From: Eledone cirrhosa
Taxonomy: Eukaryota
DNA length: 64,000 bases
NCBI GenBank assembly: GCA_964016885.1
Contig: OZ024754.1
Span: 7,750,001 to 7,814,000, forward strand
Direction of reading: 5' to 3'
This document shows, piece by piece, positions 14,926 through 28,429 of this stretch (position 1 is its first letter; every line of letters begins with the position of its first letter). The notes under the pieces are model-generated. The model had not been told where the DNA came from. It saw only the letters and a program-made list of their open reading frames with translations, and ran no database searches. The translations under genes were made by a program, and so were the position numbers.

Positions 14926-16324
14926 ATTTAGATCGATGGCAACTGTATAGAATTGCATGAAATATACTGTGACTGTAAATCAAACGACCAGCCTTGCCAC
15001 ACTCCGTGCTTAGCAGAATAACATATAAATAATAAGAGACTCATTAGACTGAGTAAAGTAGAATGTTTAAAATAAATATTTGAAAGTCTCATCAACTCTG
15101 AAAATATATATTAATCTGTTGTTATTAATGTCTGATATTAATTTGATTGCCAGGAAAACTAAAACATAAATTTGTAAACAACACGGAAATGTTGGAGAAA
15201 GACGTGAGAGAAGGAGAGAGGGATACAGAGAGAGGGAGTTGGAGAGAGGGAGACAGGGAGAGGGAGTTGGAGAGAGGGAGACAGGGAGAGGGATGTACAA
15301 GAGAGAGAGGTGTACGAGAGAGGGATGTACAAGAGAGATAAATAGAGAGACAGACAAAAGGACGTACGAGAAAGAGAGGGGGATATGGGACAGAGAGGGG
15401 GATATGGGACAGAGACGGGGAGAGGGTGGTTACAAAACAAAATCAATATAAATAGAAGGACGGTTCCTTCATATTTTGTTTCTAATTAATTATAGATGTC
15501 GTCTGTCAGGTCTCATTCTCCCCACCACCAGTCCCTTCCTTTATCCGTTACCCCTCCATCTTCCTTTCTCCCTCCACATATAATATTTTGACGATCTACA
15601 AACGAAAACAATTTGATTAGTATTTATGTCGATTTGTTTTCTTTTCCCTAGGCTATCTGTCTACTCGTATCTTTTGTAAATATTGTAGTTTTCGATAGTT
15701 TTACATTTAATATATATGGAGGGTATGGTCTTTGATCCTTATCAAATCTGATTCTTCTCTGATCGCAGTTTTTCCGACTAACTAAGGAGATATATCAACC
15801 TGACGGAAAATATATCTTTGTTGATGATGAGTTTAACATATGCTGACCTGTATCCCAAAATATAGAGATATAGTTAGGATACAAACCATTGCTATTGTAC
15901 ATCAATGATTGTATTGTCAGTGTTGTCATTTAGTTTAAATGACAAAACCAATGTGACTAAGGAAAATAACTTATGAGTTTGTGAATAATATATAAAATAC
16001 ACTAGAATCTCACACATACCATATATATGAACCCGTGAACCCGCATGGAATCGTAAAGGCGCTGACATGGGTGCACTTTAAACTCGGTGGAGCCTGTCCT
16101 ATCTCTAGGATTGAACACAGATGATGATAATAGAAAGCGACTCGGAGAAAAGAAATAACAAAGAGTTACTGAGGAAAAATTAGCTTTGTACTGGACTGAT
16201 AATATTTTTCAGGAAGGAAGAAAAGAAAAGCTGACCTCTGAACGAATATAACAACTCCTTCTATTCGAGGTTCTAACAAATATGCGACCTATACATGCAA
16301 TATTCTGATTTGAATATCTTAGAT

Positions 16325-16643
16325 CAGGGGCGTGCAACAGGCGGTACACAGGCCACAATTCGGCCCACCAGACCAGTCAGAGTGGCTCGCGATGGCCGTT
16401 TTTAATTTTTACCTTGTAGGTTTATTTAGAATTTTTTTCATAACCGTAATACAATTTTCTGTTAGTTGACCTATACTAAAGGGCTTCACTGATAGGGTTA
16501 TGTGTGCTATAATTTCCCAGTTCTATGTCATAGACAGAAGTTGTGGTGAATATTTGGAATAGTGCTTAATACATATTAATAGCCCTAACAGTTGTTCCAA
16601 TGTTCAAAAGTGGCTCGCCAATGGAATATGTTGCACATCCCTG
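16325..16643. mobile_element. hAT (Charlie-like) MITE
   Basis: TIRs caggggcgtgcaaca / tgttgcacatccctg (13/15 match); perfect 8-bp TSD TCTTAGAT. Confidence 0.9.
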
Positions 16644-16721
16644 TCTTAGATCATCTGACATTATGCAAGCGATTCTTAATCAGAATATGGAAATTAAAGA
16701 CAACCTATTTTTAAAGATTTG

Positions 16722-16985
16722 AGTAGGGAGATTAGCTATTTTATCAGTCGTCACGAGGAAGAATTTGAGATGGGAGATTAACTATTTCATATGTCATCAC
16801 GAGGAAGATTTTTAGGGGGGAGATTAGCTATTTCATATGTCGTCACGATAAAGGATTTGAGTAGGGAGATTAGCTATTTCATCTGTCGTCAGGAGGAAGG
16901 ATTTGAAATGGGAGATTAGCTATTTCATCTGTCGTCAGGAGGAAGGATTTGAAATGGGAGATTAGCAATTCCATCTGTCGTCACA
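16722..16985. repeat. 46-bp minisatellite, ~6 copies
   Basis: gggagattagctatttcatctgtcgtc.. period ~46. Confidence 0.9.
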
Positions 16986-16989
16986 ATGA

Positions 16990-17344
16990 AATCACATATT
17001 TCATGGTTTTCGTTTCCTTTTATGTTTTTGAGAAACCGATTGACCACACATGAAGTAAATTCCGACGTAACTTGTTTCAGAAACAGATGATAATGTAACA
17101 TGCGGCCAACTCTTCTTCAGATATAAACGTAATAACACAGATTGTTTCAAAAACATTGATATCATGGCCTGTTCCCAAGGTTGTCATATTAAAATATATA
17201 TCGTGAATTTGTGTTATAATGTCAACAAATTTTGAGCAATAATTCTTATCTTGCTCAACATTAAACCTGTCCAATATTGTTCTAGATTTGTAGTTTCTGG
17301 ATACTTACATCTCAAATGATTTCAATTTTTTTTAAACACCCTGT
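16990..17344 (-). mobile_element. Possible Tc1/mariner-type remnant
   Basis: Ends acaccctgTA (TA-CAGGGTG terminus); no partner end found. Confidence 0.35.
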
Positions 17345-17599
17345 ATTGTATGGTTGGTGTAGATTAAATCAAAGGTCCCTTGAATGGTTAGAGCCTGGAT
17401 TAACCAACATTTAGAGAAGCAGGAATATCTATCTTGACAATTCTAATCATTTTACATATTTCATACAAAAAAAAAAAACTGTCTGCTAAATGTATATTAT
17501 TATGCAGGATTTGTTTATTAAACTCTATTATATTATAAAACTTTCCAAGTAATTTCTAAGTACGGAAGTAAATTAGGAACATTAGATATAATATGTGAA

Positions 17600-18108
17600 T
17601 TGGCGGTTGGATAGGCGGTATCGGTAGAGGGCCGGACGCTATGCTTTCTACCATAGTTACGTCCCTTTACGGTCTGAGTTCAAATCCCGCCGAGGATAAC
17701 TTTGCCTTTCATCCTTACGGGGTCGATAACATAAAGTACCAGTAATGTACTGGGTAATTGCTGGCCTTGTGCCAAAAGTAGAAACAATTATATATAATAT
17801 GTGAATTGGCAGTATCGGTAGAGGGTTGGACGCCATTATATACAATATGCGGTGGATTGGCAGTATCGGTAGAGGGTCGGGCGCCATGCTTTGAAGCATA
17901 GAGTTACCTCCCTTTATGATCTGAGTTCAAATCCCGCCGAGGATAACTTTGCCTTTCATCCTTACGAGGTCGATAAAATAAAGTACCAGTAATGTACTGG
18001 GATAATTGCTGGCCTGGTGCCAAAAGTAGAAACAATTATGAGATAAAATAAAGTACCAGTAATACACTGGGGGAATTGCTGGCCTTGTGCCAAAAGTAGA
18101 AACAATTA
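17600..18108 (+). mobile_element. Cluster of tRNA-SINE copies (two full, two partial)
   Basis: Family consensus at 17600-17790 and 17848-18038; the paralogous site at ~21715 is empty. Confidence 0.9.
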
Positions 18109-18425
18109 TATAAAATATGCATTGGGGCTAATTTTTGTTACCTCCCTTGACAGTAAAATACACAATGTCAGCTTCAACAGAAAAATATATGAAATCTCTC
18201 AACCACCAAAACAGTTATTATGGGAAGCCTCTATGTGAATGATGTATTAGCTAGAAATAGCAACTAAATATACTACATCTTGTTATATTCTGTGTTCAAC
18301 GTAGATCAAAGGTCTCTTGAATGGTTAGAACCTAGGTTACCCAACATTTACAGAAGCAGGAATATCTTGATAATTCTACTCATTTTAGTATTTCACTAGT
18401 TACCATAGTAAGAAACATATCTTTA

Positions 18426-18905
18426 CCGTCATGTGATGAAGTGGGAGGTGTTGTCATGTGATGAAGTGGGAGGTGTTGTCATGTGATGAAGTGGGAGGTG
18501 TTGTTATGTGATGAAGTGGGAGGTGGTGTTATGTGATGGAGAGGGAGGTGTTGTCATGTGATGAAGTAGGAGGTGTTGTTATGTGATGGAGTGGGAGGTG
18601 TTGTCATGTTATGGAGTGGGAGGTGTTGTCATGTGATGGAGTGGGAGGTGTTGTCATGTGATGCAGTAGGAGGTGTTGTCATGTGATGAAGTAGGAGGTG
18701 TTGTCATGTGATGAAGTGGGAGGTGTTGTCATGTGATGGAGTGGGAGGTGTTGTCATGTGATGGAGTGGGAGGTATTGTCATGTGATGAAGCGGGAGGTA
18801 GTGTCATGTGATGGAGCGGGAGGTATTGTTATATGAGGAAGTGGGAGGTAGTGTTATATGAGGAAGTGGGAGGTAGTGTTATATGAAGAAGTGGGAGGTA
18901 TTGTC
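18426..18905. repeat. 23-bp minisatellite, ~21 copies
   Basis: tgtcatgtgatgaagtgggaggt unit. Confidence 0.95.
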
Positions 18906-19034
18906 CAGGAGAGTTACTTCTGTACTTAATGTCTATATACAAACGGAAATCACATCAATTATATTACATATGTATTGTTTGTGGTAGAGTCTCTTTAGTT
19001 TCTGTTTAATTCCTTATAAACGTATATATGTAAT

Positions 19035-19223
19035 ATAATTGTTTCTACTTTAGGCTCAAGGCCAGCAATTACCCAGTGCATTACTGGTACTTTATTTTAT
19101 CGACCCCGTAAGGATGAAAGGCAAAGTCAAGCTCGGCGGTATTTGAACTCAGATCGTAAAGGGACGTAACTATGCTGGAAAGCATGGCGTCCGACTCTCT
19201 ACCGATACTGCCAATCCACCGCC
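19035..19223 (-). mobile_element. Full-length tRNA-derived SINE
   Basis: Family consensus on the minus strand. Confidence 0.9.
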
Positions 19224-19764
19224 CTATGAAATATGTATGTAATATAACACTTTAAAATGTATTGTTAACGCTTAACTGTCAAATCTATGTTGTTCGTCCA
19301 GATTTATTAATAAAGATATTCCAATTGAAGCTACCTCATTAGGTTTGGAAATCTTCCAAGAGTTACACAAACGTAATTTTCTGCATTAATATGAAATCTT
19401 CGTTTCCGCAGAGACATATAATTAACGGAGTTTGTATAATTTTGTAACATAACAGGAAATAGTAAATTAGTGATATTGGAATGGAATTGTTAATAGATGT
19501 AAACTCGGCATTGAATTTAGTTTGTAATGATTGTATATTAGTATATTCCGTCAATTGTAGTTTTCTTTGATTTATACCAGAACATTTCTATTATTAGCAT
19601 CGATATGTGTGTAACAAAACAACAGAAATATCGAATTTAATATCACTTTATAATTATTTCGTTTATTAGAGAAGGTAATAGCAAAGAGTGAGTTTTTCAA
19701 TAAATCTGTAATATTTTCATAAATAATTACTATATTTATTGTAAAATATTCAAGTGTCTTTTGT

Positions 19765-20078
19765 TGTTATGAAAACGGAAAACAAAGGGAAAGGCAAGGG
19801 ATCTTGGGTTTCAGAAGAATGAGGAGGAGAAGGGTGATCAGGTCTAAGGCTAGGGCGCGGCGGTATTGTGACTGTACCCCGCGGACAAGACGACAAAAGG
19901 ATTCCCGCGGACCGTGGCCAGCGACACGCACTGCAACTGGCACCCCACCTTACGAAGCCCCTTCCTCAGATGGGCCGCTGACGTTCCGATCCTGTGTAGG
20001 AGCTGGGCAGTACAGAGTCTAAATACGCCTGTGATCTCAACCGTCTTTCTAGTCTCTATTGCTAAACATCTCACAACG
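19765..20078. mobile_element. Possible solo LTR
   Basis: GC-rich island bounded by TGTTATGA...TCACAACG; no clear TSD. Confidence 0.35.
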
Positions 20079-20629
20079 CTATACATATATCAATAGAATA
20101 TAAATAAATCAATATCCCCCATTTCCTAGAAATTACTCATTTAAGTTTGTGTATTCTATAATTGCATAATAATTTAAAGAATATTATGGATTCCATTTTG
20201 ATATTTGAAACTCAGGTACTGGAACCTGGGTTTGAAATATATGTTAACACGAAGGCTACTAGAGATAAACAAAATGTCATATACACAAGAAATGTCTAAT
20301 GTGGCTTCGACATAATTTATGTTCCTTCATGAATTAAACATTAACATATGATAAAGATAACAATTGATTGACGGAATATTCTTATTAAAGGTAGGTAAGC
20401 AATCTCGTGAGCAGGAATCTTCCTAACAGAATTTTATTATGTGAAGCAGTGTATTTATACCTAGGAAAAACACCAATAGATGCGGTTGCCGTAATATAGT
20501 TCTTCTCCTTTCTACTTCTTCCTCTTGCTCAACGAAACCGGGGTCATCCTAAGCCAGCGATCCCAAAGCGTGGTCGTGTGTAGAGCAGATGTAATGTAGT
20601 TACATGAGTTCAATCATCTAGATTAGGGC

Positions 20630-20916
20630 GAGGCATGTCAAACATGCGACCGGCGGGTCACATGCAGCCCTTACATGCACACCTGTGGCGTGCACAAAGG
20701 TTTTTACAGCACGAGCATGTTTTATCTTATATATCGTAATATAAAATTTAAAAAAATGTATTGTAATGTGCACAATTAGTTGTCGTGTGTGGGCCCTCAG
20801 ACAACACATATGCGACCCATGTGGCCCTCAGACAACACATATGTGACCCATGTGGCCCTCAGACAACACATATGTGACCCATGTAGCTCTTGGGGACCCT
20901 CAGTTTGACATGCCTG
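20630..20916. mobile_element. hAT-like MITE with an internal 30-bp tandem repeat (3 copies)
   Basis: TIRs gaggcatgtcaaac / gtttgacatgcctg. Confidence 0.75.
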
Positions 20917-21589
20917 ATCCAGACAACGTTCCAGTGAAGGCATTTGCTTCTCATTCATGAGGTTACGAGATTGATTCCATTGCCTCACATTTTGGTCAAC
21001 TTTTACCAAAGAGTTGTCAAACCAAATATTCTGTGAATGTCATTCAATATAAATACTAAGAGACAGTCAGTGTCATGAGAGAAGAAAAAATTGCGATACA
21101 GTGATTTTTCAAAAAGGACGATAATTGATTAAATAAATTATGTACAATTTGCATGATTTATATTATAAAACTATTTTCTTTGGGTGTTAACCTACATGAT
21201 TCTCTCATTCTGTTTTCCACTTTCTAATAACTAAATTATAAAAGAAACACCGTAATTATATCTAGAATAGATAGTAAATAAACTAGACATTCACATTCAG
21301 AAATATGGTAAGAAATATGAAATCCGTGTTGTTATTGTCGTTGTTTTTATTCACGTTTATTTTTCTCATTTATTTTCTTATAAAAATTTATATATTTACT
21401 GTACTTAAACCAAACTAAATAACCCAGGTATAGACTTCAATTTATTTATTATTGGAAAACACTAACGAACTGGCTGTTGTTATTTTCAGATTGGAGAAAA
21501 CAAAATATATATGTAAAAAAAAATGTGATGTTTTGAGTTACTTTTAAAGGAACTTACTAAAAATATGTGGTTAGCGACAATTTAAAATT

Positions 21590-22378
21590 CTTACATATTT
21601 CATACAAAAAACACTCTTTACTAAATGTATATTATTATGCAGAATTTGTTTATTTAACTCTATTATACTTTCCGAGTAATTTCTATGTACGGAAGTAAAT
21701 TGGGAACAGTATGTATAATATGCATTGGGGTTAATTTTCCTTACCGCCCTTGACGATAAAATACACAATGTCAGCTTCAACAGAAAAATGTGCGAAATTT
21801 ATCAAAAACCACCAACACAGTTATTATGGGAAGCCTCTATGTGATTGATGTATCAGCTAGAAATAGCAACTAAATATACTACATCTTGCTATATTGTATG
21901 CTCAACGTAGATCAAAGGTCTCTTGAATGGTTAGAACCTAGGTTACCCAACATTTAGAGAAGCAAGAATATCTATCTTGATAACTGTGATTATTTTCCTA
22001 TCGGTGGATTGGCAGTATCAGTAGAGGGTCGGACGCCATGCTTTCCAGCATAGTTACGTCCCTTTACAATCTGAGTTCAAATCCCGCCGAGGTTGACTTT
22101 GCCTTTCATCCTTACGGGGTCGATAAAATAAAGTACCAGTAATGCACTGGGTAATTGCTGGCCTTGTGCCTAAAGTAGAAACAATTATTTTCCTATTTCA
22201 CTAATTACGATAATAAGAGCCGCATCTTTACTGTCATATGATGGAGTGGGAGGGGGAGGGGGTATTGTCATATGATGGAGTGGGATGTATTGTCCAGCAG
22301 AATTACTTCTGTACTTAATGACCATATACTAACGGAAGTTACTTCATTTATTTTATATATGTATTGTTTGTGGTAGTT
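21590..22378 (+). repeat. Local duplication paralogous to ~17450-18990
   Basis: Colinear shared blocks (gtacggaagtaaatt, aaatacacaatgtcagcttcaacag, gatcaaaggtctcttgaatggttagaacc). Confidence 0.85.
22002..22187 (+). mobile_element. Full-length tRNA-derived SINE with TSD
   Basis: Family consensus; attattttccta-like sequence on both sides. Confidence 0.9.
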
Positions 22379-23532
22379 ATATAATTCAGATGTCATTCGA
22401 AAAATACCCAGTCAAATGGCGATTCGATTGAACCACCAGACCCCTCCATTAAAATATACGGCATTGCGACTATGTTTGAAATCAATATTCTTATCATCGC
22501 CAAATGAATGTGAGGGCAACTTTTGAAATGTGTCGATTTTTATATTTAAAGAAAGAGTATTTAGTGTTAACGCAGCCAAAATATACCGTCTATGTTGATG
22601 AAATGGTACCCAGTTAAGTATGAAGTGAATTAAATCAGTGTTCTACCCCCCCCCCCCCCCCCCTCCCCCACAATCACAACTATTCTACCTCTGACGCGTC
22701 CACTTTTCCTAACACAGCTGTTATCACGATATGTGGCAATAATCTATGATTAGAAATCAGATATATAGGACGGAACGGAAATGATTATAAAGCGTTCGAG
22801 TATATGAAACCCATTATTACTTGTTATATATGTCAGAGACTACTATTAATTCCATCCTTTCTCTATAGTATAAATAAAAGCCGGATATTTAACGAATACT
22901 GTTCAAACATTTTAATAACTCTATTGCATGTTTCTGGCTTTGTATTAACATAACACATATGTATTTTCAACACAGCCGTTATTATTCACGTATTGACACA
23001 AAATACTCTTATGTTCCATTTGCATCCTAATAATTTTTACACTAATGTTACATAGCTGTATAAAGTTAAAATTGCCATGTAAAATATTCTTCGCTCGTTA
23101 ATTATCTAAGTAGAATTTTCTTTTCTCTTTGACAGAATATATCTCCCAAGACTTCTATAGCTTCAATGTTTCGTGTCTTTGAAGTATGGAAATATACAAA
23201 AAATGTAAATTATTGACACCTTTTAAACAGCACCAACCTCTCACGATATTTCACTCTTTTACTAAACACACTTTATATATTGATCGTTATGGTAAACAAT
23301 GTTAATTATACCTTTTACATGCAATTTTGGGCAAGAACTTTCAAATCACTCACATTTATTATGGTTACTCCAGTATGGTTAAGTGCAAACATCAGTCATA
23401 AGCATAATTAGATGTCTTATTTACAAATATATTGCAACGTCAAATTGCTATACATTCCTGTCGCTTCGACTGCAAGAAAGACCAAAATCAGAAGAGGGCT
23501 CGATAAGGATTATATATATATGTGTGTGTGTG

Positions 23533-23718
23533 TATCCCCGGTTCAATCGGGGGTAACCACAGTAAGTAAGGTATTCAATACATAGCAGATTATAACTATT
23601 TAATATAGAAATGGCTTCTACAGGACTAGATCTGTTTCATTCGAAGGAAATCATCAGGAAAGCCCTGATGATTTCTTTCCAACGAAACAATTCTTGTCCT
23701 GTAGAAGCCATTTCTATA
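23533..23718 (-). mobile_element. Fold-back insertion, family D (copies 55247-55345, 58395-58585, partial 62752-62800 and 870-890)
   Basis: agaaatggcttctacaggactag..atcatcagg / cctgatgat..cctgtagaagccatttct; CTGATGA..GAAAC hammerhead-like core. Confidence 0.75.
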
Positions 23719-23802
23719 TATATATATTATATATATAGACAGTCTCCCTTCGTCAGTTGTTCACTATGCGTCACGGATGTTTCGGCGCATTATAGACAAT
23801 AC

Positions 23803-23854
<52 letters not shown>

Positions 23855-23923
23855 CAGCTTCAGAAGATCCCGGACTAGGATAAAAGCAGCGATTCTTTGC
23901 TTAAACTTTAATCTATACTAATA

Positions 23924-23954
<31 letters not shown>

Positions 23955-23971
23955 TGTATGTATGTATGTAT

Positions 23972-24250
23972 GAGAGTGGGACTGGCTTTGTGCAGTGCCT
24001 TTGCTCACTATAAAAGCTTCACGGCACAGGCATTGCTTTATATCTGGAGATCTCTCTGCACTTGTCGTCACATGGTACCATGGACCCAGCACTATGTGTC
24101 AATAATTGTTGCAAGTGTAGTGTTTGTACCAGAGTTTTCAAGTCGCTGGCTGGACTAAAAAGACACACTGGTTCAGTGCATCGGTAGGGGTTCTCCTACA
24201 TGGATATAAAGTAGTGGCCGTACTCGAAAACGAGTTGGCAGCCACCACCA
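23972..24250 (+). mobile_element. 5'-truncated copy of the bipartite RTE-derived element
   Basis: Matches 5610-5885; sits within (TGTA)n. Confidence 0.8.
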
Positions 24251-24578
24251 TGTATGTATGTATGTATGTATGTATGTATGTATGTATGTATGTATGTATG
24301 TATGTATCTATGTGTGTGTGTGTGCGTGTGTGTGAGTATATATATATATAAGCAATGTTTCTATGATATAAACGCCCACATGTCTTATTTGCTTTGCAGC
24401 TAAATTTAAAATTATTATTGATTAACATCTAATGACAGAAAAAATAATTTCTATATCAGTACATACTTCTCTGTCTCTCTCTACTTCAATGATCGAAGAC
24501 TTGTTGATGTCTCTGATTTTACAGATACATAAATATACACACACATGACCACAATCACGCACATATACATACATACAT

Positions 24579-24616
<38 letters not shown>

Positions 24617-25088
24617 GACGTAAAATAAGAAAATATTTTTTAAAAAAAATTTTAAAAAAAATTTTTTCTTACTTAAATTTTCACTCCAACTAATTAGTTT
24701 CTGCAATGGGATAAAGACAGTTACGTAATCCAACTGTCGAGAATTCATTGCGTCATCAGGAAGTCTATTCTCAGTTAAGTCTCCAGGCAATGCGCGGACA
24801 CTGGCGGCTCATATAAAAATAATAATAATTCGGTAGATCGAACAGCTTGCGAGGACTGGATTCTATGTACCGAAATTCTCACTGCTTCAAGTCAAATGGC
24901 CGATTCTAAAGAATCAATCACGTGACACAGAGGCTAGTTAGAAGGAATGGGATGGTAAGATGACTGACGCCCTACAGATATAGTCCAGAAATAGCCGTCG
25001 AAACGGCTTGAGCTCTGCCGTCGGGGTCATATTTTTTCCTATATATATATATATATGTGTGAGAGAGAGAGAAAGATGTATATATGTG

Positions 25089-25120
<32 letters not shown>

Positions 25121-25303
25121 AAAGTGAGTGGAAGATATATATACATATGTGAGAGAGAGAGAGAGAGGAAAATGTATATATGTGTGTATATAATATATAT
25201 ACACATATGTATGTGACAAAGAACGAGGAAGATAGATATATATATATATAGAGAGAGAGACACACACACACACAGCTTCCTCTATCACTCTCTCTCTCTC
25301 TAT

Positions 25304-25336
<33 letters not shown>

Positions 25337-25348
25337 TCTTCTTCTATT

Positions 25349-25396
<48 letters not shown>

Positions 25397-25436
25397 TACA
25401 TCTTCCTATATCACTATCTCTCCCTCTCTCTATATA

Positions 25437-25467
<31 letters not shown>

Positions 25468-25486
25468 CTATATCTATAAACATATA

Positions 25487-25517
<31 letters not shown>

Positions 25518-25586
25518 CTATATCTATAAACATATATATATATATACATATATATATGTACGTGTATCTCTGGTTATAAGTTCGAG

Positions 25587-25641
<55 letters not shown>

Positions 25642-25847
25642 TTATTCGCATGGTTACCTTATTATTGGACTACTTATATAAACTATAATTCAATATTGCC
25701 CTTTCAAAATATTTATTTCTGCTTCACCGAACACAAGGAAAAATACACCGCCATCTTGAAAAGTTCATTTCTCTATGAATGAAAGTTTCTATAGTTAATC
25801 AAAGGCAAATATACTAGAATATTTTCTCGTAGATGTATTAGCCATAT

Positions 25848-25906
25848 CCCATGTATAGCCTTATCCCATGTATAGCCATATCCCATGTATAGCCTTATCC
25901 CATGTA
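25848..25906. repeat. 17-bp tandem repeat, ~3.5 copies
   Basis: atgtatagccttatccc. Confidence 0.8.
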
Positions 25907-26092
25907 GAATAAAGATAAAGATCATTACATATATCTGTCAAAAATTTAATCAGAAGCAAATACATTTAACATGAAATGAATCATACACACACACTCACTC
26001 ACACACACACGCACGTATATATTCCTGATGGTAGCTAAGATGCTTCCATAGGCGGTATGCCGGTTGAGCACTCTACGCTCCTACCTAGTAGA

Positions 26093-26184
26093 CGTGTCTG
26101 AGGAACCTGTAAATCCAGAGTCAACACGGTCCACACACACACATCGCACCTCAAGCTGTTCGCCGGGGAAACACTTGTAATACG
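26093..26184 (+). ncRNA. Hammerhead ribozyme with large stem II insertion (family K; related 31995-32235)
   Basis: cgtgt-CTGAGGA(26098)-acctg..ccggg-GAAA(26168)-cacttg-TA-atacg. Confidence 0.6.
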
Positions 26185-26432
26185 CAATAAATTGAGTTCT
26201 GATGCATCACTGATTTTTCGTTTTCCATTATATATATATACACGTATATATATATATATACACGTATATATATATATACACGTATATATATATATATATA
26301 TATACACGTATATATATATATATATATATACACGTATATATATATATATATACACGTATATATATATATATATATACACGTATATATATATATATATACG
26401 TATATATATATATATATACGTATATATACACG

Positions 26433-26465
<33 letters not shown>

Positions 26466-26719
26466 ATAATAATAGTAAATGTGAAGACTAAAATCTGAAG
26501 AGGGCTAGATAAAGATAACATTTACTTCTGCGTCCACAGATTGATTTATTTTAGTTTCGTTATTTCTGGCAATAAAGTACCAGTAATGCACTGGATAATT
26601 GCTCGCCTTGTGCCTAACCTAGAAACAATTATTTCTGGCAATATTGTTACAACAATATGACCCTCCCCAAGTATAACAATATTTGTTTTGACACACGATT
26701 TCATATCAAAAACCTTGCA

Positions 26720-26990
26720 AGATAGATAGATAGATAACTTTCTTTTTATTTGCCACCAGGGCGTCAAAGAGTGGGACAAGTACAAGGGGGGGGGGAGTTT
26801 ACATAAAAAGGCGTCCTCAATAAGGAGGAGGCAATAACAAAATGTAAAAATATAAGATATAAAATATAACAAAAATAAATTGAATAATAAAATCCTCAAT
26901 AGGGAGGAGGCGCCTTGGGGGGTCGCCCCCCCCCCCCGAAAAAGTGTGCAACCCATCTCCTCAGGAGCACAGAGAGAGGGTGCTCCCTTG
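26720..26990 (-). mobile_element. 3' end of a non-LTR retrotransposon
   Basis: Minus strand ends ggcAAATAAAaagaaag followed by a (TATC)n tail. Confidence 0.5.
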
Positions 26991-27366
26991 ATATTTCATC
27001 TTTCTCACCTACAGTCTAATGTAGAGTGAAGGCCCATAAGATAGATAGATAGACATGAATATATATATATACACATGGACCGGGTGATGCGTTATATCCT
27101 TGAGCAAGACACTTTATTTCACGTTGGTCCTTCTACCTGGAGTTGCGACCGATGGATAGTACTAGCAACGGAAACATCGTTTCCTCGGTCCAATTTGACG
27201 AAAGTCAATCGATCTCTTATATACAGAGAGAGAGAGAGAGAGAGAGAGGGGGAGGAGCTAGAGCTAGGGGGACATGCCCTAAATATGTTAACATTTCATA
27301 ATGCATATGTATTGCGATACCTCTTTTCTAAATTTCATTTCAATATCTTCCTACTCATTCAGATAA

Positions 27367-27550
27367 ATAATTGTTTCTACTTTAGGCACAAGGCCAGCAA
27401 TTACCCAGTGCATTACTGGTACTTTATTTTATCGACCCCGTAAGGATGCAAGGCAAAGTCAACCTCGGCGGGATTTGAACTCAGATCGTAAAGGGACGTA
27501 ACTATGATGGAAAGCATGGCGTCCGACCCTCTACTGATACTGCCAATCCA
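27367..27550 (-). mobile_element. tRNA-derived SINE
   Basis: Family consensus. Confidence 0.9.
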
Positions 27551-28429
27551 ATGTGTGTTGTATTGTCTTTCACCAAGATTTCTAGTGTCACCAAAATCTC
27601 ACTTTTCTAGAAGCTGTTATATTTGTAGTCGACATTCTAACCAATTAGCTTACAACAGAAAAACCATTGAGGTCTATAGCAGACATATGAGAGAAGTGTA
27701 TAACGTATAGACCTGTACGAAATAGATATTTATCTATGAAATCCTCCAAAGAATTATACATTATCGTGTATGAAATGTAAAGTATTATACATTAATATTT
27801 CAAGAGAACTCTTTCTGCAGGTTTCTGTATTAAATATATCTAATAAAGCATTAATTATAAATCAAAATTTGTGTAGAATTCTTAGTGTATTTAATAAAGA
27901 ACATTTCAGAAATATGTTATTTGAAATCTGTGTGGATTATATTAATAGAAATATTAGTGCTTTTTATAACAGATAAAAATAGAATGTTTTAGTGAAGCAA
28001 TGAATAGGCTGTAAATTGCGCTGTTTAAACAAATGTATTCACAATTTAGATAAAATATAAGTGAATTCGGAGTGAAAGCATATTCCAGGCAACATAAACC
28101 TCTCATTCTTTTTTAATCGTCTTTAAATTCCACCATATTATATATATATATAGTCGCAGAAACCCTGTACTGGATTATACCATCATTTCTACGGGTCCGG
28201 GTGAATATTTCATTTATTTTGTTTGACCCGTTTAGCTTGACTCGTTTTTGGGGGGGCTTAGGTGGTTGATAGCTTCTTAACCCCCATCTCAGTTGGTATG
28301 GTCTTTATAACCTATGTTTATTGCTCTGGTCTCTTTTGGTCTATGGAGCGCTTGCCAGCATAACTCGGAAATTGCGTTGCGTTTCGCTTATTTCTACCCG
28401 CCGAAAAACGATTCTCGCTGATTTTATAT

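Noticed and set aside
18426-18905. CRISPR-like array (also 16722-16985)
   Set aside because: Contiguous units with no unique spacers; eukaryotic minisatellites
22002-22095. tRNA genes
   Set aside because: A/B boxes are followed by a shared SINE body in many copies; no clean cloverleaf
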